DNA of 64,000 nucleotides, from positions 1,374 through 65,373 of the forward strand of contig JAAOMT010000522.1 in assembly GCA_016748015.1 (NCBI GenBank). Reading direction: 5' to 3'. The notes beneath the pieces were generated by a model. That model ran no database searches and was not told the DNA's origin. It saw only the letters and a program-made list of their open reading frames with translations. A program made the position numbers and the translations under genes. Below, one piece after another: positions 24,239 through 38,214 of this stretch (its first letter is position 1; every line of letters begins with the position of its first letter). This DNA is from Geosiphon pyriformis uo1. Taxonomy: Eukaryota; Fungi; Glomeromycota.

Positions 24239-27200
24239 CTATGCAGCTATGTAAACTAAAACCGGATCATCTATACCTAAAAAAAACAAACAAAATTTGT
24301 GAAAGCCAAACTGAATACCAAAAGCATCAGTAACACTAAGCAATTTGATCACTTCAGCAGAAAACCTTGAAGCCAAATCAGAAACCAAGATGCAAGCCAA
24401 ACTATCAAGTGGAATTAACTTGTTTCTTTCTATATAAGCTCAATGTTTAGCATACACTAACCAAACATCTTCCTTAAAAGCTAGACTAAGAGAACACACA
24501 AACCTGACAATCTCCAAACCAGTGATCTTAGGATCACAGAAGACAAAAACAGTCTCATAAAACCAACCATTAAAAATGAAACTTTTACAAAGAGCCATGA
24601 ACACAGGGATATCAAAAACACAGAATAACAGCAGCTGCAAAACACCAGAAGAAGAATGAAAGAAACCGGAAACTCTCTTCCAGAAATCCACATGATAATT
24701 CAATATTTGACATCAAACAGATTCATCAATTTTACAAGAAAACACATGATCTGACACTTTAACATTACCACAATATAAGCACAGCACACTAGGATAAAAT
24801 CTGTTATAAAGACACTTTTATATGGCAACTGGCAGTTAATGGTATAAAGCTTTCATAAAATATATATTAGCTGAGAGTCTGCTGGTGAAACTGGTGGCTA
24901 TGTGCAAGTCAGAATGCTACACCAAAGACAAACAAAGCCAATCAATCTCAGAAATCAAACTGTTTATTAAAACCTTAAAACCAGACTCAACCTCCCAGTG
25001 TGCATGACAAACAAAACAATAGATATTGTGTACAAAATGTCTAGAATTGCTAGAAATAATACTGCCATTAGTCACTATAAAATGTTCATTCAAGCAAAGA
25101 GAAAGATGCCAACTAGAGAGAAAGACAGTATTGGCAACCACATCAATATGCTCATTCTCTGAAATACCAGAGTAACTTTTTACCTTGTGCCAACTAATTC
25201 TTAAATTCTTATTATGAATAATATTAACAATATGTTGATGCTCAATTTAGCATCTATTGTAAAAGTCAGGACACACCAGACCCAATTCCAACTTACAAGC
25301 ATCCAAAGCAGATTGACTATTCGAAAATAAATAAACAAAGCTAAATATGGAAACACACTCCAGAGCCAATACAATAGTTTGTAATTCTGTCATGGTTGAT
25401 GACAACAAACTTAATATACCAACACCCAAACCCAAATTAATGTTCTCAAAAAAAGCAGCAGTGCCAGCTTTATAGCCAATTGTGCCCAATTCCTTCAGAG
25501 ACCCATTTATATATACAGATAAACTACCAAAACAAACCCAAAAGAGATAGTTGCAAATAAATGCAAAATCACCAGAGTTAAGAATGCTCAAAGAATTAAC
25601 TCTACTCGAAACCAAGAAATGAGCAGAAGAGAGAACTATATCATTGAGAAATGCCACAGAAATCTTGAACCACTTAGGAACAAGACCATAGAAGTCCAGT
25701 CTCTTCCACTGCCTAAAAATACACTAGTCAAAGACAGTACTATGACAATCCCAAAATTAATCCACAAAGACTATATCAAACTGACAGAAAGAGGAAAGAA
25801 ACTTGAAAAATTTTGACTTATCTAGAATAGTAAACATGGGAGTTCTATCACAAAACTGAAAGAAATTGGCCAAAAAGTCATTCAAGGACAAATTGCAATC
25901 AAGAAGAATACAAACTATGCTTGCCAGAAAGTTATTTGAAGCACTGACATGTACACATACAAAAAAACTTAATGGATGAACAGAACACCAACACCAAACC
26001 TATAAGTTATGTAACCTGTAAGAAAACAAGTGACCCAAGACTCCATCAAAGTTCACAAATTTAATTAGGGAAGCAACTTTACTCTCAGACTGAACTTGTA
26101 AGAAAGATTTCAAACCATAAAAAGAAGGATGATGAATTGTGTTACTAGGAAAGTCGAGTGGCAGACCAGATTTAAGTTTTAAGTTTTTATGAATTAGAGC
26201 ATTCCACTTGTTGTACACACCAACAGAAATAAAGCTGACTATAGGATGGAGAATTGCTGATACCAAATACAAAAGCTGCTTATTTGAGATAGCTTTTCTC
26301 AAAACCAGATTGATGAAAAAACAAATGTTTAAATTTGTCTTAGCCAAACTAGGCTTTGAAAAACCCTCAGTTGAAAAAAAAATACCCAAATACTAATGAG
26401 ATTCACTCTTTTTGGCAATAGAAATTGGTAATCCACTAATAGAAAGAGAAGAGTTATCAGCTCTGCTATTAATAGAAATAGTCACCATTTTGTTATTATT
26501 AATTAAAATATTATTGATCCAAAAGAATTTACCAGCAATATTAAGAATATGTTAAGTAGCTTTTTGACTGCTACTAACTCAAATTGTATTATTGACAAAA
26601 GTGCCAGCAGCAAAAAAAGAAGAAAGTCTAGCCTAAGACTTAGCACAACCACTTTTGGAAATAAAATGAAAATTCAACCTATACCTATACACACTCTTCT
26701 GATACTTGACTTTACACAATAAAGAATCATAAAATATGCACCACAGAAGAGAAGAAAACACTTCTTCTTGGTCCAGACCATTTTGCACATAATAACTATC
26801 TGTCAAACCAAAATCTGTTATAACTCTGTTGGTGCAATTTCTATGAATACTACCAAAAAATTGAATGAACTTGCTACACATTTTGATTCTGACTAAACTC
26901 TTCTTAAGATGCTCTCAGCCAACCGAATCATATGCTTTCTATATGTTTTGCAATACCAGCCAAAGCTTCTGGTTTTTTTCCAAAGCATTTTCAATAACTG
27001 AACCAATAGCAAAAATAGGAGACTGAGTCAACATACCCTTCAAAACTGAAAAATTGTCCTTATAAAGAACATCAAAAGTGCTGCATGCCAAAAAAATCCT
27101 GTCAGAAAAAATTTTAGAAAGAATTTTATGAGCTGTCTCAATTAAAACAATAGAATAAGTATTCATTAAAACACTATCTCATTCATATAGTTTGAGAATT

Positions 27201-28889
27201 ATTAAGATCCAAGCTTCTTTTTAAGAGCTGAGCACTAATTCACTAGACAAACAGAAATTCAAAAGCACCAAAAGCATATTCAAAACAGTTTTATTACAAT
27301 GCTTCCAAAGCTCATTTGACACACTTAAGAGACCAGCAGCTTTGCCATCAAGCAGATCAGAAACCACTTCAACTAACTCATCAAATTCAATTGAACTCAT
27401 AATATCAGAAAAAATCTCATTGAAAACATACTCCAATAGTTGATATTGACAGTGCCAGTTATTAGAGATATTAATCACTACTTCGCACTTCCTAGTCCAA
27501 CCCTCCATAATTATATCCACCTTAAACTTAACCAAATCAGTTTATTATTAATTATCAAATAATCGAGTGCCACTTTGTGAAAGGGATGTTTCAGCACATT
27601 CCTGATCATATGACCCTTATTAACCTCAAAGCTTTCCATTCTTCTATCAATAGCCAATCTGATGTTTGTCTTCTTAGCTCTTAGAGATTCAGCAAGCTTA
27701 GCAGCATGATAAAACTTTCTAGCACCAAAAAGAGCAGAATAGATATGATCAGAGCCAGCACCCAAATCCACAACATCCTGAACAACTGAAGCTTTGACAT
27801 TGTCCAAAGAAATTTAACATCTCATAAGAGAATCAAAATTCACAAAACTTTTTTCATGTAATGCCTTGATGATTCTAGAAATGAAGAGCTCCAACTTGTG
27901 AAATTTTGAAGATTTCTTGGTGAAAACATCATCAAAGTCTTTGAATCATCTTTTCTTAAACATCTCATTAACTGAAAGAACCATTACTTTGCAAACAGTA
28001 TCTCACATCACATCCAAATCTGAGAATTTTGTGGAGGTGACAAACTTATTTGAGAACATCACAGCATTGGCTGACATGCCATCCTTAAAATTGTTTTATT
28101 TAATCTTATTAGCACCCTTAAACTCGAACTTCTATTGATCTTTATTTGCTTGCTTGCAAAGAAAGTTTAACTGTTTATCCAAAAGTCCACTCAAACCCAC
28201 AGACACAAAAACAGTCTGATGATTAGTATCAAAAAATTCTCCAACATTAGACACCTTGTAATCTACTACAGCATTGACCAAGTTTGAAGAAATAAACAAG
28301 AAATCAATAGTTTTAGCCATGTTCTGAGAGTTAGCCCATGTGAGCATTTTGACATTATACCATCCACTCAAAGAATTGCCCAAACCAAGATCCAAACATT
28401 TTTTGAAACTAGCACACTTTTGAGAGCCATCTTTATTGAAGTTGCCACCCAAAACAACAAACAAAAATTTATTGACTGCCTTTGCAATCACAAAATTGAT
28501 ATCATTAGTTTGAGTAAATCAAACAGCCATAGATGTCCTAACATAAAGCTCCAAAATCGACACAGAAAGCTTATTTTTGAATAGCAACTTGATTGAAAGG
28601 AGCCAACCAGGCACTTCAGAAACTTTACAAACATAACAAGCTAGAAAAGTGTTTATAATGATTGTAACTTCAGCACCAAAAAACCTCTTGTTCAACCCAG
28701 ATAAAAAAACCCTAATTCCATTGAACTTATCCCTAATCCAAAGTCTATTACTAGACCTCAGCTTTGTCTCTGTAATTATCAAAACCAAATTTCCAGAATT
28801 TTTATGCCAATGGATAATATCCTCCTGTTTAGTAGGAACATTAATATCCAAACATTACACGTTGCAAATTTCTACACAAAGTCACTCAT
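24239..28889 (-). pseudogene. LINE copy 2 ORF2 (APE, RT, RNase H, CCHC)
   Basis: 'IITETKL', 'LGGNFN', 'TIDFLF', 'IETAHKILSKI', RNase H 'YINGSL...MTELQTI...SNSQSA'. ATG at 28889-28887 overlaps the ORF1 TGA. Confidence 0.92.
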
Positions 28890-30820
28890 TGAGGAATAAG
28901 AAAAGTTGATGAACCCAAGCCAGAACACAAACAATCTAATCTTTCCAAAACAAATTCAACCAACATCTCTAAAACCACTATTTTAGATTTCAATTCCCCC
29001 ATCTTAGTGGTCAAAATTTTAAAACTACTTAAACTAAAGTCAGCAACTGGGTCTGCAACAACTAAAAAAAGGAGAGAAGGAGATGTCATTGTATCATTTA
29101 AAGCCATATCTGAGTCCAAATTGGAAGTAACAAATGTAAGAATAACCAAAGAGGAGATATGTAATTTAAATGCCAGAGGCACCAATTTCACAAAACTCAA
29201 TTTTTTCATGATAACCAAAACCTGATCTATCAAAAACTCCAAAGAGCATTTTAGAGAAGCCAAACAATCAACCAAACAGAAATTACCAAAGGAATTAGAA
29301 ACCATCAATACAGGTTTTGTATCTGAAGATGAATCAATACCAAAAAAACCCAACAAAACCACATGAAAAGAGGAACTACCAGCCACCTGGGCCCAAGTTT
29401 TCCCACCAAAAAAAACTGGGCAAATGATTGGTGCCTGTTTCTTCTTATATATATTGGCCAAATGAACACAATCCTGAGAAGTTACCACCCACTTATCACG
29501 AACACCAGAATTCTTACCCAATAAACACCCTGCAAAGATATGACCAAACTGTTTGCATTGAGCACAATAGACCAAAAAAAGACCAGCCCAGCACAAATTC
29601 ACACCCTTAAACACCAGAGTCAAATCAATAGTGGCCAATTTAAATGTCTTATCAACAAAACACACAATTAAATATCTATCACACACATAAAAGCTGAGAT
29701 TACAGTCAATGAAACAAGTCTTCCTACCATATGATTCCAACAAATTTGAAAGATCATGAGCTATAGTACCAACCTAAAGAGTATAAAGTAATGTATAATG
29801 TAGATCTCTAAAAACCCATGATTGTTTATCATTAATAACTTTTACCACATGAATAGAATCCTTTCTCATAAAGACAGACCATTTAACTGCGACCAAATTA
29901 GCTATTTCAAATGACTCAAACTCTACCAAAGCTTTTTGTCACAGACCAATCAGTTGTATCTTGATTGATACAATCTTTCCAAATTTAGAAAAAACAGATT
30001 CTACAGCTGATTTAGAAAAATCAACTGGAATTTCCTTGACAACAATTTTCCTATTTGAATGACTGCTAACCTTTTTAAGATTATCATTTACCACAATTTT
30101 TTCATGGATTGCCAATTTTTTCACTTTATTTATGTTAGATTCAGAAGTAAATGAAGATCTGATAATCCCTGAAAATTTTGAGAAAGTAGAAGCTTCCCCA
30201 AAGCCATCCACTCAATAAAATTTTTTTTTTACACAAATCAACTTATTACCAACAGTTTTACTAGGCACAGCTGAAAGTTCAATATCAAGCATAAAAAACT
30301 TTGATGAATTAAAGTTCCGTTTTTTTGTGGCACATAATTTAATCAGTGACAGCTTATTGAATCCCAAAATCACATGAAAAGGAAGTACTAGCTTATTATC
30401 ATTGTTATTTATACAGTTAAAAGAAAATTGCTTTGGTGGGTTTCCTAGTACATATGTTCTAGTGCAGGTTTTTTTTGATATAACTTCATCCATACTATTG
30501 TCTTTACCTGATTCTACATAGCTGGTCTCTTTGGCCATTATGTTCACCATATTTTTAACATCCAATAGATTGTTTACACTGCCAATTTCACTGCCTCAGA
30601 ACACCACAGGCTTAATACCAGCACCACTAATATCTTCTAAGCTCAGAAGGTCTGCAGACAAATCAACCATAATGCTGGCTACATGCTTTTTTGTTTTCTT
30701 GCAGGACACACTATAGAAATAAATGATATCTAAGTGATTCTTTTTAGCATTCAAGTGGGTTCCCAAACTGGCTGAAACTAAGCCAAAACCTCTAGCAGAC
30801 AAGTCTACTAGTTTCATCAT
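28886..30820 (-). pseudogene. LINE copy 2 ORF1 (RRM-like domains, CCHC knuckle, coiled coil)
   Basis: 'IVVKEIPVDFSKSAVESVFSKFGKIVSIKI' (RRM-like) and 'CAQCKQFGHIFAGC' (CX2CX4HX4C). Confidence 0.9.
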
Positions 30821-31548
30821 GACAAAAGGGAGTATATTAGAAGAAATAACTTAAACAAACAAAGAAAAAAAAAATAAAGTAAAGTAATTTCTTCCAAAAA
30901 ATCTTTTGCCTTATAGTGGTCAGGAGATTAATGAAAGAAAAAAAAAATTTTAATTCTTTTTTTTTGTTATTTATTTATTTAAATTTATAATACAATTAAA
31001 AAAATAGCTGTTTTTAATAATTTTTTGAATTAAATCTGATTTTTTTTGATTTAGTATCTTAATTTTTACATGACTACTAAATATATAAATGATAAAACTA
31101 TGAGTTTATATATATATTTTATAAAAGTATTATATTATTATTTACTTGTAACTATTTGTAAATATCTATTTAACTAGAATTATTAAAGTATATTTATATT
31201 ATAATAAAATTCAATTTTTAAATTATATTTTTATCTTTATAATAAACTTTGCTAATTGTAAATATATATATTTGATTTTTATCAGTTTGTATTTTGTATT
31301 TTTTAGTTGTTTTTAATATATAATTTAAGTATTATATTATATATTATTTTAAATAAAAGTTTTATGTTTAAAAATTGGTATTTAAAAATTGTTGTTTTAT
31401 TCAAAAATACTAAAGTTGTTAGTAAAATTGTGAATTTTATATATAGTTTTAGTATAATTTACTGTAATAAAATTTAATTAATATATATCAAGTATAAAAT
31501 TTTATTAAAAAAAAATTTAATTTAGTATAATAATTTTTTAATTTCTAA

Positions 31549-31710
31549 TATTATTAATTTGCTAATTTTGTTTTTTTGTAGTATTATTAGACTGTTGAAT
31601 TTAAATAAAAGTTTTAATGTTAATTTTTTATATTATTAATTTGCTAATTTTGTTTTTTGTAGTATTATTAGACTGTTGAATTTAAATGAAAGTTTTAGTG
31701 TTAATTTTAA
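31549..31710. repeat. Tandem duplication, about 82-bp unit x2
   Basis: ttattaatttgctaattttgttttttgtagtattattagactgttgaatttaaat.. occurs at about 31551 and 31633, nearly identical. Confidence 0.85.
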
Positions 31711-32846
31711 TATGTATAAATTATATTTATTTTTTTAAATATTGATAATAATATTAATATTAATATAAAACTGTAATATTGTTTTAACTGGTCAAATAGC
31801 TAATTACATATAAACAATACATGATTTATACTTAGTTTATATCAAATTATTTAATGTATTATACTAAATTATATTTAGACTTTATTTATCAAAAAATAAA
31901 AATAAAAATTTATAATATAAAAATAGTTTTTTTTATAAAGTTGTCAAAATTTATTTTAATTTTTATTGTATAAATAATTATTTATATTTACTATAATAAT
32001 CAAAAAAATATTGGTTAAAATACAACAAAAATAATTTAAATTTTATTAAACTTAATTTTTTGTTTTTCTGTTTAATTTGTTTTTAATAAATAAGATCTAA
32101 TTACAATTTAATATACTATATTAAACTAAATAATTTAAATTAGACATAAATTATGTTCTTTTTATATAAAATTAATTATTTGAATCAGTTAAAATAACAC
32201 TATATTAAAACAATAAAAAAAAATTATCTTAAAAAAATATTTTATGTATAATAGTAATCAATATACTATTATTTTTAACAAAACTACTTAACTATACAAC
32301 AGTTGTATTTACTTTAAATTTAATAAAATTAAGTTAATATTCTTAAAGAGTAATTAACTTAATTTAAAATTTATTATTAAATAAATCAATATTTTATTTT
32401 TTATAAGATTGGTTTCAAAATTATATTTAAACTTAACTATACTATATTTATAAAAAGCAAATTTATAGTTTTATTAAAAATAAATATTTTATCTTAAATA
32501 ATATAAATTAAATTTTTAAGTTTTATATATAAAACAAAAAAAAAGTTAAAAAAATAGTAACTTAAGTAACCAAAAAATTAATAAACTTTATAATAAATTT
32601 AACCAAAATGACTAAACTTAAAATATAAAATTCTAAAAAATTCAGTTTAGAATTAAAAACAGAATTAACAGCAGATACAACTAAAAAAACAACAAAAAAA
32701 AAGCCAAAAAAATAAAAGCTTCAATATAAAATTTTTATTTACCAAAATTAAAACAAAAAACTTAAAGTTAAAAAAAACATAATAAATAATCTGAAAAAAA
32801 ACATTAATATTTATAATCAATAAACAAATAATTTTAACTTTAATAG

Positions 32847-35800
32847 TAGAATTCTGATGTTCAGTCTATTTTGATTCAAGTTTAATTAAACTATCAAACC
32901 AAATTGAACTTAAACAGAAAATTTGGCAAAATTTTGAACTCAAACTTAAACCAGACTTAAAATTATTTAACTTAAATCAAACTCGAATATATACAATAAG
33001 TCTGGTTTAAATTCGGTTCAAAATTCATAAAAATATTTAGGTTTGACTATTAAAAATATTATATTATATTATATTATTATTTAATTTTTTTTTTAATAAT
33101 TTCTGTATCCATGATTAAAAATACTATGCTGCTCTTATAGTTTTAGATACTAAGTAAAATCTTATCTCTGTAATCATATTCTTACTTACAGAAAAGATAT
33201 ATTTAAAAGCAATAAATAATTTTTAGATTGCCAAATAATTATAAGTCATACAAACAAAATAAAAAAATTGTGTTTGATATGTTTAAATATTAGATTATTA
33301 ATAAATGTTAATTTAAATAAATATTTTTTGTAATATACTTTCTACCATGCTATTACATTTATTTTTTATTGGCCATCTTTTCAAAAATATAATAATCAAT
33401 TTTGTCAAGTTTTTTTTTTTATTATTGTCAAAGTCTGTCTTTAATATAGATTGTATGACTAATATTATAATATTATTAAAATTATTATTTAACAAAAAAC
33501 TATCATTTAATATTAGTATAATGTCTAGTATGTACTTTGTTTCAAAAAAAATACACATTTTAAAGATTTATTTATCATGTAATAGTTGAAAAATAAAACT
33601 ATTTAAATAAATTAATAATTTGTAATTCTTTCATTTTATTAATATTGTTATCCAAAAATTTGCTTTTGGTAAAATAATGAAATTTTTTCTTTGGATCTAA
33701 TACACTATAGAGCATTAGAGTTGTATTTGTTTTAAAGTAATATTTAATTAATTTTTTTCTTATTGTTTTAATTACTGTAATAAATAATAGATCTAATATT
33801 AAATATGTTAAATAAATACAATTGAGATTATAATATTTTACCAAATTTATTATTATTAATCATGTCTTTAATGTAATTAAAAATAATATTAAAAAAAAAA
33901 CAATCAAAAAAACAGTATTATTTAAATTGGCTAATATTTTGACTGTAATATTTTTAAATGATTCAAAAAATTTAGCAATTTTATCAAAAACAGTTTACTA
34001 ATTATGTGAAATAACATATTAATAAAGATCAATATAAGTCTAGTAAGAGTGTTTAATGCTTATAAATTTACAGTTAAAATTTTTGTATTCAAAATATATA
34101 AAATCAAAAATAAACAATTTGTTAATTTAAAAAATAACTTATTTTTAACTAAATCATAAGTAAAATTCTATCAGATAAAACAATCCAGAATAAATTTATG
34201 GTATTTAATTTGAAATATATTATAGACATATTTAAAAAGCTTAAAATAATGGAACAAGATACAAATTACAGAGTTAAATTCTCTAATTTTTAATTTATAT
34301 AAAGTTTATATTAAAAAAATTTCAGATAATTATATTTGGTTTGGGTTTTTAACAAATATCTTAGAAATTTTATTTTTTATTTTATTTAGAACTGCTTGTA
34401 CTGCCAAGTTTAAAATATGATTAAAGCATTGAAATTGAAAGTTTTTTGAATTCTATTAAATGTTTTTTCTTTTAATTTTTTTACTAACTCTTTTATAAAA
34501 GTATTATTATTTGTGGTATTATTGAAGATAATAAGAAGAAGTTATTAAAAAAAAATTAAGTTATAATTAATAAAATTAATTGTAAACTTATATAAAAAAA
34601 GGATGAATATAATTCTTTTTTAAACTTTTTTCTTAATCTTTTTGGCTGAAAATTTGGCTAAAAACAATGATAAAAACTATTTAAGCTAATATTAAAAAAC
34701 ATGGTTTTTAATAATATGAATACTGTAGTAACTCTGAGCTTCAGATAATGTTAATGCTGAAAATTTAGCTTTAAGATAATAATAAAGCCCAACTTAAGTC
34801 AATATTGAGAAAATATAATTTTTAATAATATAAACACTATAATAATTTTGAGCTTCAAATAATGTTAATACCAAAAATTCAGCTTTGGGACAATAATAAA
34901 AACCAATTTAAATCAATATTAAAAAAATACGATTTTCAATAATCTGAGCACTATAATAATTTTAGGTCTCAAATAATACTTATATGTTATATAATATGCC
35001 AATCATATTATTGGCTATTAATTAACTCAAATTCATATAAGAATATACATACATCTTTTTGATATAATTTTATAATTTTTAATATTTTAAAAAATCTGTT
35101 TCCAATATTTATTTTATCATTTTGTTTATTTATTAATCCAAAATAATTTATTGTTTATTAAAAATTTTAATTGTCATTAATATATTAATAGTAATAAAAA
35201 CAAAGACTTTATTATTAAAAAATATTCAGAAATTTGATATAAAAAAAATTGAATTTAATAGTACTTAATTATATCTATTATATTATAAATATAATGAAAA
35301 AAAATATTTCATAATAAAAGTAGTACTTACTTTTAATTTTTGTCTATCCAAAATATAGAGTTTTATAATTTTATTTTTAATTGTATCAGCACAAACAATT
35401 TGAGAAGTAAGATTCAAATATTAAAATATTTCGATTAATTAAAGATTTTTTATTGTAAAAAGTGATTACTGGTAGTTGATAAACCAAATAGTAATTATGT
35501 CATAAAGTTTTTTTATTATTAACATCAATAGTAATTATTACAAAAGACTAAAGCAGTTTTCTAGTTAGATTGACTAAAAATCATAAAAAAAATAACAATC
35601 TCATTCATTAAAACATTTTTTTAATTGATTTGTAATCTTTTTAAATAATTTGCTTTTTTTTATGATATTTTTCTATTGTAATATATACTGTTTAGTAAAA
35701 AGTTTTTAAATAGCACTATAAGAGTTTGGTAGTATTTATAGTTCTATAAAAAAATGATTTATACACATATTTTAAGACAATATATTTAGTTGTTTTTTTT

Positions 35801-36271
35801 CTTTTGTTTACTCAAACTTATCAAAATAGTTATATACTTTATTCTAAAAACTATATTTATAAAATATATTAAAATTTGGATTATTTATATTAACAAATTC
35901 ATTATTTTGAATTTTGAATCTTTAATAATATTGAATAATACCAACAATAAATTTATTTTGGTAAGTTGAAAAGTAGAATTGTTATACATGTATAGTTTTA
36001 TATATTTTTTAACTAATTATAATAATTAAATAAAATAATAATTAATGAACAAATAGTACAAATTATATATATTTTTAATTCTATTAAACTTAAACAAATT
36101 TGTGAATTTTGAACCAGACTTGAATTGAATTTAGACTTGTTAAAAAAGTTTAATACCAAACTTAAATTAAATCTACTTTGAAAAATTGGTTCAGTTTAAA
36201 TTCAGTTTATAATTCAAACCAAACTTGAACAACTTTAAAGTTTAATTCAATTTAGTTTAATCAGAATCTTA
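32847..36271 (-). mobile_element. hAT DNA transposon, heavily decayed, with an intron-containing transposase
   Basis: TIRs tagaattctgat and atcagaatctta (decayed TAGGGTTCTGAT) with aaccgaa/ttcggtt-like subterminal repeats. Minus-strand motifs: 'QCFNHILNLAVQ' near 34395-34430, '**NFTYDL' (RWNSTYD) near 34160, 'VLDPKKK' near 33690, and dimerisation domain 'YLAI*KLFIAFKYIFS...KTIRAA*YF*SW' near 33105-33245. The 8-bp TSD is only imperfect. Confidence 0.85.
34645..34980. repeat. About 114-bp tandem repeat, about 3 units, inside the hAT element
   Basis: Unit anchors aatatt..aaa at about 34688, 34801 and 34915; gagcttca(g/a)ataatgttaat recurs. Confidence 0.8.
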
Positions 36272-38214
36272 TTTTAACATTTGTAATTCAAAATTTTTTT
36301 ACCAAATATAATATTTATATAAAATACTAATTTTTATAATAATAAAATTCAAAAACTTACAAAAATTAAATATTATAACAATAAAGTATTAATAATAATA
36401 ATATATAATAATATAAAATAATTTAAAATAATACAAAAAAATATAAATTAATATGAAATAACAAATAATAATATAAAAAAACACAAAATAATTAATAAAT
36501 AGTATAAAAATAACTAATTATAATATAAAAAAAGCAATAACTAAAATAGTAAATAATAATTAATAAAAACAAACAATTAAAAAAATTTTATAGAACTAAA
36601 AAATAAGTATAAAAATAAATAATTTTAGCAAAAAAAAAGACAAACAAGAATTTAATTTATTTTAATATTTTATTTTTATTCTAAAAATTTTTTTATATTA
36701 TTTTTTTCTATATTTTTACTCAATTAAATAAAATATTATTATTTAATTTACAATTATATAATTTTAATAATTTGATTATAAAAATTTAATTAATTTTTTT
36801 TTTATTTCTATTATAGACCAAATATAATTAATATAAATACTTTTAAAACTTTAATAACTTAAACTAATTACTTTTAATTATAATAATTAATAGAATACTA
36901 ATTTTTATTATTTTTTTTTATTATTTTTTTTTCTCTTAAAAAATAACAATATTGAAAATTGACTGTTTTAAAATTAAACTTTATAATAGTTTGATAAAAA
37001 AAAGCTTCCTCTAAAATTAGATATTAACTTTATATTATTGGCTTATCAAAAAAATAAAAAAACAATACTAAAACCTTATAATTATAAAAAAAACACAACT
37101 ATAATAATATAATTACAAAAACAATGTTTCTGTATCTTATAACCAAAAAACTTAATAAATAAAACTTTCAACAAAAAAATTTTCAAAGATTAATAAACAA
37201 ATTTATAGCAAAATTCAATTTATTTAAAAACTATCTTGTTTTTATTACCAAATTATAAGCACTAAAATATTATAATATTATTCTACTAAGTTTATTTATA
37301 ACATTTGATGCTCTTTGTAAAGTTATAAAATTTACAAAAACAGAATATTTTAAAAAATTCACAAAGTAGTAACTATTAAAACTATTAAAAAAATTTTATA
37401 TCAATACTTTTAAGAAAATTTAGGAATATTAAAAAAAATATTTGTTGTTAAAATTTTTTTTTCTATTATATATATATTAAAATTAATTATTATTTAATTC
37501 AAACTGAAATACTGGAAAATTTGGAGAATAATCTACCAAAATTTACTATTTTATTCAATTTTTATTACCAAAAAATTATAACAAAAATTGAAGTATATAC
37601 TTAAAACTAATATTTACAATTATAAAAAAACCACAACATAAAATCCAAAAATTCAAAATCTAATACAAAAAACAATATTTAATAACAGTTTATACAGAAA
37701 AAATTTAAATCTACTATTACAAAAAGTTAAAGTTTTTTTTATTAACAATACTTTTATATTATTAAACTTTAAAAAATAGAATTCTATCAAATCAACTTAC
37801 TAATTTACAGTCAAAAACTCCAAAAACTGTTGAAATTTTTTATTTTTAGAACTTTAACAAAAATTTCTGGACTAAATTATTAAAAAAATATAAAATATTA
37901 TTCAAAAATTTTATTTTTATAACCAATATTGTTTTTGAAAATATTACTTTTTAAAAACAATAATCATTACAACAACTAATAAAGTTAACAATTATTTTTT
38001 TTAAAAAAACATTATTATTTCAACTTATTTTAACAACAAATAAAAAAAAACAATTTATATTAAGTTTAAATAAAAGACTTTTTTTATTATTATTATTATT
38101 TAACGAGTGAGGTCTACACACAACCTAGCACTATATATCAAAGAAATAATCTAAACTAGACATGAATCATGCACTTTCTATACGTAACCAGCCACTCGGG
38201 CCAGTCAGACAACA

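Larger units (their letters stand above)
24108..30956 (-). mobile_element. L1/Tx1-like LINE copy 2, full length, decayed
   Basis: ORF1, ORF2, 3' UTR and A/TAAA-rich tail. TSD-like ttttttttgttatttatttattt at about 24085-24107 and 30958-30980. Confidence 0.93.

Noticed and set aside
34645-34980. CRISPR-like array
   Set aside because: Whole units repeat with no unique spacers, there are no cas genes, and the context is eukaryotic.
36280-38070. Very AT-rich block with traces of coding-like sequence (near 37500)
   Set aside because: Probably an eroded element, but no motif could be assigned by eye.
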